Virus record (IMG/VR): IMGVR_UViG_3300024974_000006
Coordinates: 1 to 63,455 of that record
Strand: one strand, 5' to 3'
DNA: 63,455 nt
Source of the DNA: a virus
Taxonomy: Duplodnaviria; Caudoviricetes
Shown here: piece after piece, positions 44,757-53,842 of the stretch
Layout of the letters: each line of letters begins with the position of its first letter
Numbering within the stretch: position 1 is the stretch's first letter
Translations under genes and position numbers: made by a program
Notes under the pieces: generated by a model
Told to the model about the DNA's origin: nothing
Databases searched by the model: none
The model's input: only the letters and a program-made list of their open reading frames with translations

Positions 44757-45266
44757 TTATGTAGAGGATATTGTAAGAGTATAAGTAATATTTAACTTAT
44801 CTGCCGTTAACATAGTTCTTACTGCACTAAACTTAGATGCAGCCCCTAAAGTACCAGAAGTGCCTGCTTTTACAGAAGAACTAGACAAGAAGGCTCCATA
44901 AATAGAGACACCACTAGCAAATGTAAATACTGCTGGAGAAGCAGAGTTAGTAATAGTTTTAGAAGAGACTCCTGCCTCAGTCCATGCTGGACGAGTAGTT
45001 TCAGAATACTCTGAGTTAGCTTCGTTAGCTACACCAGCACCAGGAAATGTAGCCATAACATTAGCTGCTATAGGTGTATAGTTATTTTTATATATTCCAA
45101 CAAACCACGAAGTAATAGGAGTCCCACCTGAAAAAGAGGCATCTAAAGCATAGTTAAGCCCTTCATCTACTACTAAATTAGGCTCTTCCCATGTATCAAT
45201 CACTTCTCCATTACGAACATGCTCAAATCTGAAGATACCGCCAATTTTTAAATTCTTTTCAATCAT
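44757..45266 (-). CDS. Virion structural (tail) protein
   Basis: W...NLVV.EGLN motif typical of phage tail proteins. Confidence 0.65.
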   Translation of the reverse strand: MIEKNLKIGGIFRFEHVRNGEVIDTWEEPNLVVDEGLNYALDASFSGGTPITSWFVGIYKNNYTPIAANVMATFPGAGVANEANSEYSETTRPAWTEAGVSSKTITNSASPAVFTFASGVSIYGAFLSSSSVKAGTSGTLGAASKFSAVRTMLTADKLNITYTLTISST

Positions 45267-45274
45267 TTATTTTC

Positions 45275-46546
45275 CTAAGTTATAATAATGCCATTTCTGA
45301 CTATTGTTGTTTCAACCAAATCTCCCACAACTGAATTATTAGGATTTTGATTAGTTTTTAAAATAGAGAGATATTGATTCATACCCTCAGTTTTTAAAAA
45401 TGTAGCCATTCCTGAATCCGCTGCTTTAAGATTAATATTCTGAGCAGATAAATTAATAGTCATACCTTGATTAAATAATATAAAGATACCTAAATTAGAA
45501 GTAACTAACCATTTATATCCTATTGGAGTATTATCGATATGAACATAACTCCCACTTAATTTATGACCAGTCCCTTCAACTATCTTAACTTCTTCTTTAG
45601 TAGTCCTTTTAAATGTTAAAGCATCCTCACCAGACAGATAATATAGTTTATCAGACCCTATCCATATACCGTCCTCTACTGGCATAACTTCCCTAATTTT
45701 ACTGGGGAACTCTATATAATTAGAATCAATCTTAAAGTGTTCATATTGATATGGTTCTGAATACCATAATATATTATCCTGAGCAACATACATCCTTCCT
45801 CTATAATACTTAATTATATGGCCTAAAGGAGGATTGTATAGTCCAAACATTCTAAGAGGAGAGATAAGATTACGAGAATCTGTAATTTTAATAGTTTCTC
45901 CAGGGGTTCCTATTTTAGAGAAATATAAAGTATTACCATCTGTTGTAGAGCAATACACTCTACAATAGACTATATTAGTGTTAGTATATACAGGTAGAGT
46001 AAGAGTAATGCCGCCTGTAGAGCTAAGAGTAATAGTAGAAGTAGTAGTAAGTCCAGACTCCCTCCCATCTGATGTTACTGTAGTAAAACCAACCATATAA
46101 GTACCAGCTGGCATTTCTCCTACTGTTTGAGTAAGAGTAACTCCCATATTTACAGGAGGTAAACCCCAATCTCTTAAACCATCAAAGTCTATTATACCAT
46201 TAGTAGAGATTGAAGAAAAATAAATTTTCCCATCTATTTCTTCAAAAGAGAGTGTATCAGAAGTAATTCCACTTTTTATTATAGTAGAATAACCATCTGC
46301 ATATTTTCTAAGCAGCGTCCCATTTTTAACTGCATACATACCTAGAGTAGTCTCTGAAGACCATAAGGATGTATAAAGACCTGAATCCTCTAAAGTATAT
46401 CCTTTTCTTTTTTTAATCCCGCCTAACTTATCTATATTGACATTATCAGCTTTTTTAAGATACTCAGGAGGAGTACTTTCAGCATCTAAAACATTATTAA
46501 TACCTTTAAATTGCGAAATATGAACTGTTTTAGGATGTATTGGCAT
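45275..46546 (-). CDS. Putative tail nozzle/stabilisation protein
   Basis: FKGINNV, NVNID..G.IKKRKG; beta-propeller-like C-terminal half. Confidence 0.65.
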   Translation of the reverse strand: MPIHPKTVHISQFKGINNVLDAESTPPEYLKKADNVNIDKLGGIKKRKGYTLEDSGLYTSLWSSETTLGMYAVKNGTLLRKYADGYSTIIKSGITSDTLSFEEIDGKIYFSSISTNGIIDFDGLRDWGLPPVNMGVTLTQTVGEMPAGTYMVGFTTVTSDGRESGLTTTSTITLSSTGGITLTLPVYTNTNIVYCRVYCSTTDGNTLYFSKIGTPGETIKITDSRNLISPLRMFGLYNPPLGHIIKYYRGRMYVAQDNILWYSEPYQYEHFKIDSNYIEFPSKIREVMPVEDGIWIGSDKLYYLSGEDALTFKRTTKEEVKIVEGTGHKLSGSYVHIDNTPIGYKWLVTSNLGIFILFNQGMTINLSAQNINLKAADSGMATFLKTEGMNQYLSILKTNQNPNNSVVGDLVETTIVRNGIIIT

Positions 46547-47241
46547 TAAATACCTCCATACCTAATAGGTCTTTTAGCATTTCTACTCTTTCTAATAGTA
46601 GAGTACACCGAAGTAAATGGAAACTCTCTATCAAAAAGACCACTTAGATAAGCAGATCTATTAGGATCAAAAGTATTTGCTTCATCTTTCATATAACATA
46701 ATGAAGCTGCTCCAAATAACATAGGTACTTGATAATCCTCAGCTAATTCTGGAGAAGAATCAGGGTCATCCCAAGTTAATTTTACTTTAGGTAATCTATA
46801 TACAAATAAAGTAACAATCTCATCTTTAGTAGGAGTAGGGTATATTCTAAGTTTACCAGTAGATGTATCTGGTATGTAATTTTCTATGTCGCCTGTTCTA
46901 GTATCAAAATCTATAATATGAGTAAAATCACTTAATTCTAATTCTACTAATGATTTACCATCTTCTCTTCTTCCTGACCTAACTTGTTTAATATAAGATG
47001 GGAGGGTATAGTTTATAGTACTAATTTTAACTGGTAGACTATAAGTATCTTTTATAGGAGAGGTTCTACGATAAACTTGATTAATAGCTTCATTAATATT
47101 AGCAACTAGCTCTTCATTAGTCCATCTTAATTGCATAGAGTCAGCATCTGTATCTGAGAACTGCGTCCAATCTACACCTGTACCGCCTGTGTCATAAAGA
47201 ATATTAGTCCTAAGATGAGTTACTAGTTCTAATAGTGTCAT
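46546..47241 (-). CDS. Putative head-to-tail adaptor
   Basis: MTLLEL...R, W...EL...INEA and LRIYPTP motifs. Confidence 0.7.
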   Translation of the reverse strand: MTLLELVTHLRTNILYDTGGTGVDWTQFSDTDADSMQLRWTNEELVANINEAINQVYRRTSPIKDTYSLPVKISTINYTLPSYIKQVRSGRREDGKSLVELELSDFTHIIDFDTRTGDIENYIPDTSTGKLRIYPTPTKDEIVTLFVYRLPKVKLTWDDPDSSPELAEDYQVPMLFGAASLCYMKDEANTFDPNRSAYLSGLFDREFPFTSVYSTIRKSRNAKRPIRYGGI

Positions 47242-47242
47242 A

Positions 47243-47638
47243 TTATACCTCTGATTCTTTTGTTACTTCAGACCAAATGCTATCCAATTCATCTTTCTTA
47301 ACAGGCTTACCAATATAAGTAATTGCTTTTCTATGTATCAAATTACCTTTAGAGTCTACAACATCTTTAGGGTTCTCGAATAGAGACTTCAAAATGCCTT
47401 TAACTTCATCTCTTTCTAATGCTGCTTTTTCATCTGCTTCCCTTTTTTTAGAAGCAATATAGTCTTCCATGGATTCAGATTTAATATCTTCTGAAGTGGC
47501 ACCAGCTGCATAAGCATGTGACCATAAAAACTCTGGTAAATCTCTTAATTCATTTCCTATGATGGCTACATGCCCATCAGTAGTTGCAATCCTGATTTCC
47601 TTACCATTTGGACTTCTAAATTTCTTAACTTTACTCAT
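47243..47638 (-). CDS. Hypothetical virion morphogenesis protein
   Basis: Position between the head genes and the adaptor. Confidence 0.55.
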   Translation of the reverse strand: MSKVKKFRSPNGKEIRIATTDGHVAIIGNELRDLPEFLWSHAYAAGATSEDIKSESMEDYIASKKREADEKAALERDEVKGILKSLFENPKDVVDSKGNLIHRKAITYIGKPVKKDELDSIWSEVTKESEV

Positions 47639-47656
47639 GTATAATCCTTTAGTTAT

Positions 47657-47698
47657 AAAAAAACCCTATGACCTCGATTAATCAAGACCATAGGGCTT
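47657..47698 (-). terminator. Rho-independent terminator
   Basis: - strand gccctatggtcttga-ttaa-tcgaggtcatagggt followed by a T run. Confidence 0.85.
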
Positions 47699-47704
47699 AG
47701 TTTC

Positions 47705-48499
47705 TTAGCCCTCTGAAAAGGAGGCTCTACCATCTACAATATACTGCACTTCTAATCTTAAAGTACCAGCAGTAGGGACATCCACTGTAGTATTAGCTAC
47801 ATCCCAAATTAAATCAACAGTATCAACTGCGCTTAATTTAGTACCTGTAGGAACTAAAGCTGTTCTACCTGTTGCATCTACGGAAGTAGCAGTCAAATAG
47901 GTTTCACTTCCAATCTTAACTGCGACAGTATCAGCTGGAGCTGCACCATTAGCAAGAGTGACTGCTCCCCAAGTAGCATTAGCATGGGTTTCAGTAGTAG
48001 CAATTGAGTTGCCAGCAGTTCCACCTGTTTTAGCCGTGACGGTAACAGTATGAACACCATTAGAGACAGCAGTAACAGTTGGATGAACAAGAGTACCAGT
48101 AGAGTAGGTAGTACCTACACCAGCTCCAGCATTAATAGCAGCAGCTAAATTATTGAGAGAGGTGGCTTCACTAACCCCAATAAGAACTTCATAAGCTACA
48201 GCAGGACCAGCTGATAACGCTGTTTTAAAGGTATATACTGTAGCGCCAATGGTTACAGTATTAGTGTCAGCAGGGGCTGCAGATGAAGTTAGGACTCCAG
48301 TAGCATGTACACCACCAGTATTCCAAGCTGTATCTACAATTAAACTACCACCAGTAATAATTGCTTTTTCTGGTAATTGGATAGCTTCCATAGTAGAAGT
48401 CCCAGCTGTTCCGATGATAGTTGTATCAAAATCATCATAAGTAGCTTCTACCAATGCACTAATTAATTCTTGTCTATCGCATTTCTTAGTGATAGCCAT
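47705..48499 (-). CDS. Putative head decoration protein, long paralog
   Basis: MAITK..RQE start and Y.VDGRA.FS.G end shared with 48504-48899. Confidence 0.7.
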   Translation of the reverse strand: MAITKKCDRQELISALVEATYDDFDTTIIGTAGTSTMEAIQLPEKAIITGGSLIVDTAWNTGGVHATGVLTSSAAPADTNTVTIGATVYTFKTALSAGPAVAYEVLIGVSEATSLNNLAAAINAGAGVGTTYSTGTLVHPTVTAVSNGVHTVTVTAKTGGTAGNSIATTETHANATWGAVTLANGAAPADTVAVKIGSETYLTATSVDATGRTALVPTGTKLSAVDTVDLIWDVANTTVDVPTAGTLRLEVQYIVDGRASFSEG

Positions 48500-48503
48500 G
48501 ATA

Positions 48504-48899
48504 TTAACCTTGTGAGAATGCAGCTCTACCGTCTACAACATACAGAACAATCAATTCAAATTGACCAGCAGCCGCAGGATCAGCAGTGTCAACCATAATA
48601 TCTAGAGTGTCTGCGACAGTATACTTATAACCTGTTAGAGTCAAAGCAGTGACACCAGTAGCTGCACCATCAATATTATCCAGATAACGATTAGCTACAC
48701 CACCATCACCTAAGTGAATATCAACTGTAGCAGTTGTTGCATCTGATACATTAATAAAACCACCAACTACCACTGCACCTTCTGGTACATCAATAGCAGC
48801 ATAAGTTCCTTGAACACCAATGTCAGTACCAGTACCCAGAGTAACAACTACTCTAGCGGCAATAACTTCTTGACGACCTACATCTTTTGTAATAGCCAT
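48504..48899 (-). CDS. Putative head decoration protein, short paralog
   Basis: Follows the capsid gene; AGGAG RBS. Confidence 0.7.
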   Translation of the reverse strand: MAITKDVGRQEVIAARVVVTLGTGTDIGVQGTYAAIDVPEGAVVVGGFINVSDATTATVDIHLGDGGVANRYLDNIDGAATGVTALTLTGYKYTVADTLDIMVDTADPAAAGQFELIVLYVVDGRAAFSQG

Positions 48900-48996
48900 T
48901 TATATTTCTCCTAATTGATGACAATTAAAGATAAAGAAGAGAGCATCATCAATATCTCTTCTCGGTTTAGAACCATCAATAGGTTCTTTAATTTAC

Positions 48997-49080
48997 TTAG
49001 CAAGGCATCTTCTTGCCTTTACCTTTAGGTGGCATACCTTTAGGTGGCATCTTTTGAAATGGGTTTTTACCTTTAGCCAT
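48997..49080 (-). CDS. 27-aa basic peptide (not in ORF track)
   Basis: GAGG RBS; MAKGKNPFQKMPPKGMPPKGKGKKMPC*. Confidence 0.65.
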   Translation of the reverse strand: MAKGKNPFQKMPPKGMPPKGKGKKMPC

Positions 49081-49098
49081 TATTATTTCCTCATATAT

Positions 49099-49139
49099 AA
49101 AAAAGAACCCCCTAGTACCCACTAGGAGCAAAGGGGGCC
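49099..49139 (-). terminator. Terminator-like hairpin after the capsid gene
   Basis: - strand cctagt-gggt-actagg inside CCCCC/GGGGG, followed by TTCTTTTT. Confidence 0.6.
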
Positions 49140-49152
49140 GTGTTATTAATTA

Positions 49153-50253
49153 TTAGATAGCGTGATCAACTACCAGTACACCGAAATCTTCTACAGATTT
49201 ATCGTAGATACTATAGAATTTAGGTTTCAAGAAACCAAACATTTTATCTACGTTGATACCAGGAGAAGATTCGTACTCAAACCATTTTTCATTCCATTCT
49301 GGAGCGCCTAGATCGGCCATACCCAAAGCTTGAGAACCACAGACTAACAGACGTGAACCGTCAACCAGATTACCAGCACCCCATTTGTCAACACCACTTG
49401 TTTTACCAAGAGTATTATAGACCAAACGATGCTCATGGAAAATCAAACCATCAACAGTAACAATACCACCAGTAAAGAAAGGATTATCTTTACCACGATC
49501 TGCACCAGTTACAACAGCTCTTTGATAATCCGCATCCTTCTTTAATTGAGCTAAACCTTCAGGACGAATAAATACAATATAGTATTCTTTTCCACCTTGA
49601 ATCAAAGGTTTAATATAATGAGTTTTAGCATAGGTATTAATATCTACCATTGCTTTATAAGTTAATACATCAACAGCAGCTACAGCAGTAGTATCACCAG
49701 CAACCAAACCATCAGTTGTATCCCATCTACGATGACGTTTGGTAGTAGGAGCAGATACATCAGCAGCAAAAGCTAATGAATTAAATGCACCAGAAGTACG
49801 AGCAGAACCATCATTGTTGTAAGCATAAGAGACACCTGAGAGTGTCAAGAATGCCAATTGATCCATGCGATTTGCAAGCCAGTATGCCAGACGATCACGA
49901 GCATTTTCACGGAAGGAAACAACAGTTTTTTGTTCTGCTAATTTACCTTTTTGACGCAGACCATGAGAGATCAGATCGATAGTGATCTTATCATTGTAGG
50001 TCTTCATTTCTTCCTCGAAACCCTCACGTTGATTGTCACCGACGACACCATCTTCAACTAAGTCAGCTAACAAGTGCATAATGACTTGTTCCCCTTTCTC
50101 AGTTTTTGTCAATTCAGTAATACGTTGAATGACAGCATCAGCACCACCAACGAATTTATTAATAAAAGTCATATCACGAGCTTGTTTCCACAGATCCCTT
50201 GACCAGACTAATTTTTGATCCGCAGTTAAAGATGCGAAATTAGTTAATGACAT
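49153..50253 (-). CDS. Major capsid protein (N4-gp56/DUF4043-like)
   Basis: WSRDLW, ITELTK..KG, G.VGDN..EG.EE, FR..ARD.L..W and EDFGV motifs. Confidence 0.9.
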   Translation of the reverse strand: MSLTNFASLTADQKLVWSRDLWKQARDMTFINKFVGGADAVIQRITELTKTEKGEQVIMHLLADLVEDGVVGDNQREGFEEEMKTYNDKITIDLISHGLRQKGKLAEQKTVVSFRENARDRLAYWLANRMDQLAFLTLSGVSYAYNNDGSARTSGAFNSLAFAADVSAPTTKRHRRWDTTDGLVAGDTTAVAAVDVLTYKAMVDINTYAKTHYIKPLIQGGKEYYIVFIRPEGLAQLKKDADYQRAVVTGADRGKDNPFFTGGIVTVDGLIFHEHRLVYNTLGKTSGVDKWGAGNLVDGSRLLVCGSQALGMADLGAPEWNEKWFEYESSPGINVDKMFGFLKPKFYSIYDKSVEDFGVLVVDHAI

Positions 50254-50404
50254 TTTTTCATTTCCTATTTTTAAAATTATAAGTTAAAGTTAATAGACAT
50301 ACGGAGTCATAGCCGGTCTGCTCTCGTGTAGACAAACGAAATTGTTCTACTTTAAGCCAAGTAGTAGGCACCTCTTTGTACCAATGGTACATGAGCAAAA
50401 TTAG

Positions 50405-50439
50405 GTGCAGTAAATTTATAAAGCGGCCTGCACTCCGCT
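50405..50439 (-). ncRNA. Predicted H-type RNA pseudoknot in the capsid gene leader
   Basis: S1 AGCGG/CCGCU, L1 A, S2 GUGCAG/CUGCAC, 11-nt AU-rich L3. Confidence 0.6.
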
Positions 50440-50445
50440 ATGAGG

Positions 50446-51369
50446 CTAGTCGCCTCGTAATAGTGCTAATTCTTTAGCAGTAAGTTTGTTAAAATCTCTT
50501 TCTGACATCTTAGAAACATTTACTTTTCCAAGATCAACATCTGTTTTAGTAGTTGATTTAGTTTTAGTTGGTTGAGAGTTGGCGGCTTGAGCAGCTTTCT
50601 TTCTAGCTTCAACTGCCCTCTTACCTCCTAAACCTGTTTTCTTAGGCGGGGTTTCAACTTTAGTAAACATTGGTACTACCTTTCCAACTGCCAATTTCAA
50701 AGCTTCAACCTTTGTCTTACCAGCAGCAACATACCCAGCTAATAAAGTATTAACTGTATCTACTGCTTCTTCATTATACTCATCTGCTTCACTATCTAAG
50801 AACTTATATTGTTCTTCAAATGAAGTAATTAAAGTTTGAAATGAAGTTGTTTCAGTTGATTGATTAATTTTATCAGTTGCTTCTTTAACTGAAGTATCTT
50901 TAATAGATTGAATTAAAGCTTTAAATTCTTTTTGTCTTTCATTATCTATTTGTCTTCGTAAAGCAGATGCTTTAGCAGCTTCACCTTCAATTAGGAGAGT
51001 GGCATAATTTTCTTCAGCTTGATCAAAGTCAAATGCAACTACAGGATCAACTGGTTTTATAGAAGTTGATTGATTTTTATTATTAAGATCAATCAGTTTC
51101 TCTAATTGTTCTTCAAGCCATAAACTTCTTTCTCTAAGCTCATCCGCTTTTCTTTTTTCCCTTTCTAAGCGAGCTTTAGGAACCATTATTTCTTTAGGTT
51201 CTTCCTCATCTTCATCATCCGTATCTTCTTCAATCTCTTCTGATTCAGAGTCGTTAGTATTCTCAGTATCCTCCAATGAGTCTTCGTCAGTTTCTGACTC
51301 TTCAAGCTCCTCATCTTCGTCAAGTTCAAATTCATCACCACGATCTAATGTGTCATTATCTACAGCCAT
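50446..51369 (-). CDS. Capsid scaffolding protein
   Basis: Acidic N-terminus, coiled coil, basic C-terminus; lies upstream of the MCP. Confidence 0.8.
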   Translation of the reverse strand: MAVDNDTLDRGDEFELDEDEELEESETDEDSLEDTENTNDSESEEIEEDTDDEDEEEPKEIMVPKARLEREKRKADELRERSLWLEEQLEKLIDLNNKNQSTSIKPVDPVVAFDFDQAEENYATLLIEGEAAKASALRRQIDNERQKEFKALIQSIKDTSVKEATDKINQSTETTSFQTLITSFEEQYKFLDSEADEYNEEAVDTVNTLLAGYVAAGKTKVEALKLAVGKVVPMFTKVETPPKKTGLGGKRAVEARKKAAQAANSQPTKTKSTTKTDVDLGKVNVSKMSERDFNKLTAKELALLRGD

Positions 51370-51416
51370 ATGTTCCTTTTGGGGTTATGTTTAGTACTGA
51401 GTCATTCAGTAAATAA

Positions 51417-51830
51417 TTAAATTGTTTTTCCAGATTGGAAGTCTTTTAAAGTTAATCCATTTGTAAACTGAAGATGAGCAAACTCTTTAAAGCTAACCCA
51501 ATCCCCAGCCCATTCTAATCCTAGTTTCTTACCTATTTCACCACATCTCTTAAATGCATTTAAATCACTCCATTGAGCCTTACCATTAATAATAGGAACA
51601 AAGTCAAAAGCAACTTTATAGTTATGAAATGATTGACCGCCTCTAGCATTAGTAACTTTCTTTCCTGGAGAAGTTCTTCCTTGAGCATATAAAGCATTTT
51701 GAGATTCAATATCTCGATAAGTAGAGGTGATGATTACATCTATACCTTCTTTATTACAATTAAGTATAAATGCTCTACACATACCTTCTACTTTAGGATG
51801 AAGGTCTTCTAATTTTCTAGAGTTAATCAT
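51417..51830 (-). CDS. Endolysin, M15 (L-Ala-D-Glu peptidase-like)
   Basis: YR..ESQNALYAQGRT..G.KVTNA.GGQSFHNY..AFD and HLQ motifs. Confidence 0.92.
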   Translation of the reverse strand: MINSRKLEDLHPKVEGMCRAFILNCNKEGIDVIITSTYRDIESQNALYAQGRTSPGKKVTNARGGQSFHNYKVAFDFVPIINGKAQWSDLNAFKRCGEIGKKLGLEWAGDWVSFKEFAHLQFTNGLTLKDFQSGKTI

Positions 51831-51832
51831 TA

Positions 51833-53839
51833 TTACATCATTCCTAATTGTTGATGAGTCATTTCAGGTAACTCAGGTTCTTGCTCTTGCTCAGAGGTTT
51901 CTTTACCAATAGACGCCATTAAAGCATCCATAATAGGAGCTAGTGTTGGCTTATCAGCTATTAACATAGCGACATCTGCTACAGTCTTAAGAGTATCTGC
52001 TTCCTTATCTTTTGCTTTAGCTTCTAACTCTTCAATAGTCTTCTGCATACTTTCCATTTGCAGTTCCATTTGCTTTTGTATTTGCTTTTGTTGCTCTTCA
52101 TCTGGACCACCTTCCATCTTTTTAGCGATCTCATTTTTACGAGAAAGAGTACTCATTTTAACCATTTCATCATCAGGTATTTGAACACCAAATTTACGAA
52201 GTTCAATTGCCTGAGCAAATTGAGCATTTTGAAAAGTTATTTGAGTAGGTACATCAGCTATAACTACATCATATTTACCGACAGTTACATCATTAATTAA
52301 CCTAGATGAATCTGGTTGTTCTTGATTAATTGTAATTGGAGTATTAACAGACTTACCTTTATCATCAGGGCCAACTATAATGAAAGTACGTTCTTGAGTG
52401 TAAAAAGCTTGTATTAGTTTAAGAACCCTTTCAGCAATCATATTACGAGTTCTAAATAGATTATCTATAGGGGCAGCTAATTGGACTGCTGCTTGATGAA
52501 CTCTTGATTGGATTGCAGTTCCACTTACTTCTGGCCCTTTACCACCTTGGAATGTTTCAGATACACCAGAGATTAATCTGATTAAATCTACTCCAGAAGT
52601 TACTAAATCCTTTAGACCAGTTGGAACCTGATTTGGTTCAATTTTTTCTGGTTTTTGTCTACCAGATTTATATTCTAATACTAATCCAGTTTGAGAACCT
52701 ACATCCTCCAGATCCTCAACTTCCATATTAACAAGAGAGTTTTCTTCAATAATCCATCCAGAATTAGCTGTAGTATTAACTACATGTAAAATCTGAGAGT
52801 AGACTTTATTAAGCATCTCTTGAGTTTTTACTAAATTATCAACTAGACCTACTGTTACCCCTCGTCTGAAATAAGGGAAATAAGGGACTATAGTAAAATG
52901 ATCATAAGGGCTCCAAGCATCATGAAGAATAGTATCTCTAGTAGATACTGTCCATCTAATCCTCTTAGTTACTCGCTTAATTGTTTCCCAGCCTTTCTCT
53001 TTAGCAATTCTCTTCTTTTCAGACGCTTTTATATCGTCAGGTACAGGATATAAATCACCTGTATTAACATCGAAATAAAACTCTCTGTTCTGCAATTTCC
53101 AATATTGTCTATTAATTATTCTAGCATGTTCTACCCCAACTTCATCTTGATAAAAGGCAGAATAATTCTCTATAGTACCAAACTTATTTCTAGGCTGTTC
53201 TAAATTGTCTGTTCCAAAATCAGGATCATTAGAAATAGATGAAACTACTTGTCTCCACTTATTTAATCCATAAGTCTCTTTAATATCATCAAAGGACATC
53301 CATGAAGTAACTAGAACATCAGCCCAATCATCTGGATCGTAAGATTTAGCATCTGGATCTGGTATAACATCTAATGGATCTAATGATTCAATTTCAATAT
53401 CCCCATAGATATTTTCATTGAAATTCATCTTTATCTCAAAGTACCCTCTTTGTTGGATTAATCCATCAGAGAATACTTGGCTCTCCTTCCACGGATATTT
53501 ATTAGTATCCGTTAGGTACATACTTAGTTTAGAGAGTATGTCAGAAATATCCTGATCATCTACTTCTCTAGGTTTATAAGCAATATCCATACGAGATTGA
53601 GTTTGATACCCAATAACAGTATTTACAGTAGAAAATATTATATTCTCTTCTAAGTAAGGCCTTCCAATATCATCTAAGGTTTTCTTATCCTCATCAGACC
53701 ACTGTCTACCCCCACCTAAATAAAAATTCTCACATAATTTAGCTTGTTTCTGGTAGTCTCCATGACCACGAGTGATGGCAGTTTGATAGCGAGACCATTG
53801 CTTTTTAGCTAAATCATAATCCTTTAGTATATTCGCCAT
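51833..53839 (-). CDS. Portal protein (P22-like)
   Basis: FYLG..QW, DPDA..YD, G.V..L...Q...NK and SGTAI motifs; follows terL. Confidence 0.9.
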   Translation of the reverse strand: MANILKDYDLAKKQWSRYQTAITRGHGDYQKQAKLCENFYLGGGRQWSDEDKKTLDDIGRPYLEENIIFSTVNTVIGYQTQSRMDIAYKPREVDDQDISDILSKLSMYLTDTNKYPWKESQVFSDGLIQQRGYFEIKMNFNENIYGDIEIESLDPLDVIPDPDAKSYDPDDWADVLVTSWMSFDDIKETYGLNKWRQVVSSISNDPDFGTDNLEQPRNKFGTIENYSAFYQDEVGVEHARIINRQYWKLQNREFYFDVNTGDLYPVPDDIKASEKKRIAKEKGWETIKRVTKRIRWTVSTRDTILHDAWSPYDHFTIVPYFPYFRRGVTVGLVDNLVKTQEMLNKVYSQILHVVNTTANSGWIIEENSLVNMEVEDLEDVGSQTGLVLEYKSGRQKPEKIEPNQVPTGLKDLVTSGVDLIRLISGVSETFQGGKGPEVSGTAIQSRVHQAAVQLAAPIDNLFRTRNMIAERVLKLIQAFYTQERTFIIVGPDDKGKSVNTPITINQEQPDSSRLINDVTVGKYDVVIADVPTQITFQNAQFAQAIELRKFGVQIPDDEMVKMSTLSRKNEIAKKMEGGPDEEQQKQIQKQMELQMESMQKTIEELEAKAKDKEADTLKTVADVAMLIADKPTLAPIMDALMASIGKETSEQEQEPELPEMTHQQLGMM

Positions 53840-53842
53840 TTG

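Noticed and set aside
50254-50448. Scaffold-capsid fusion by UAG readthrough (the gap is exactly 64 codons)
   Set aside because: An in-frame TAA occurs 10 codons after the UAG
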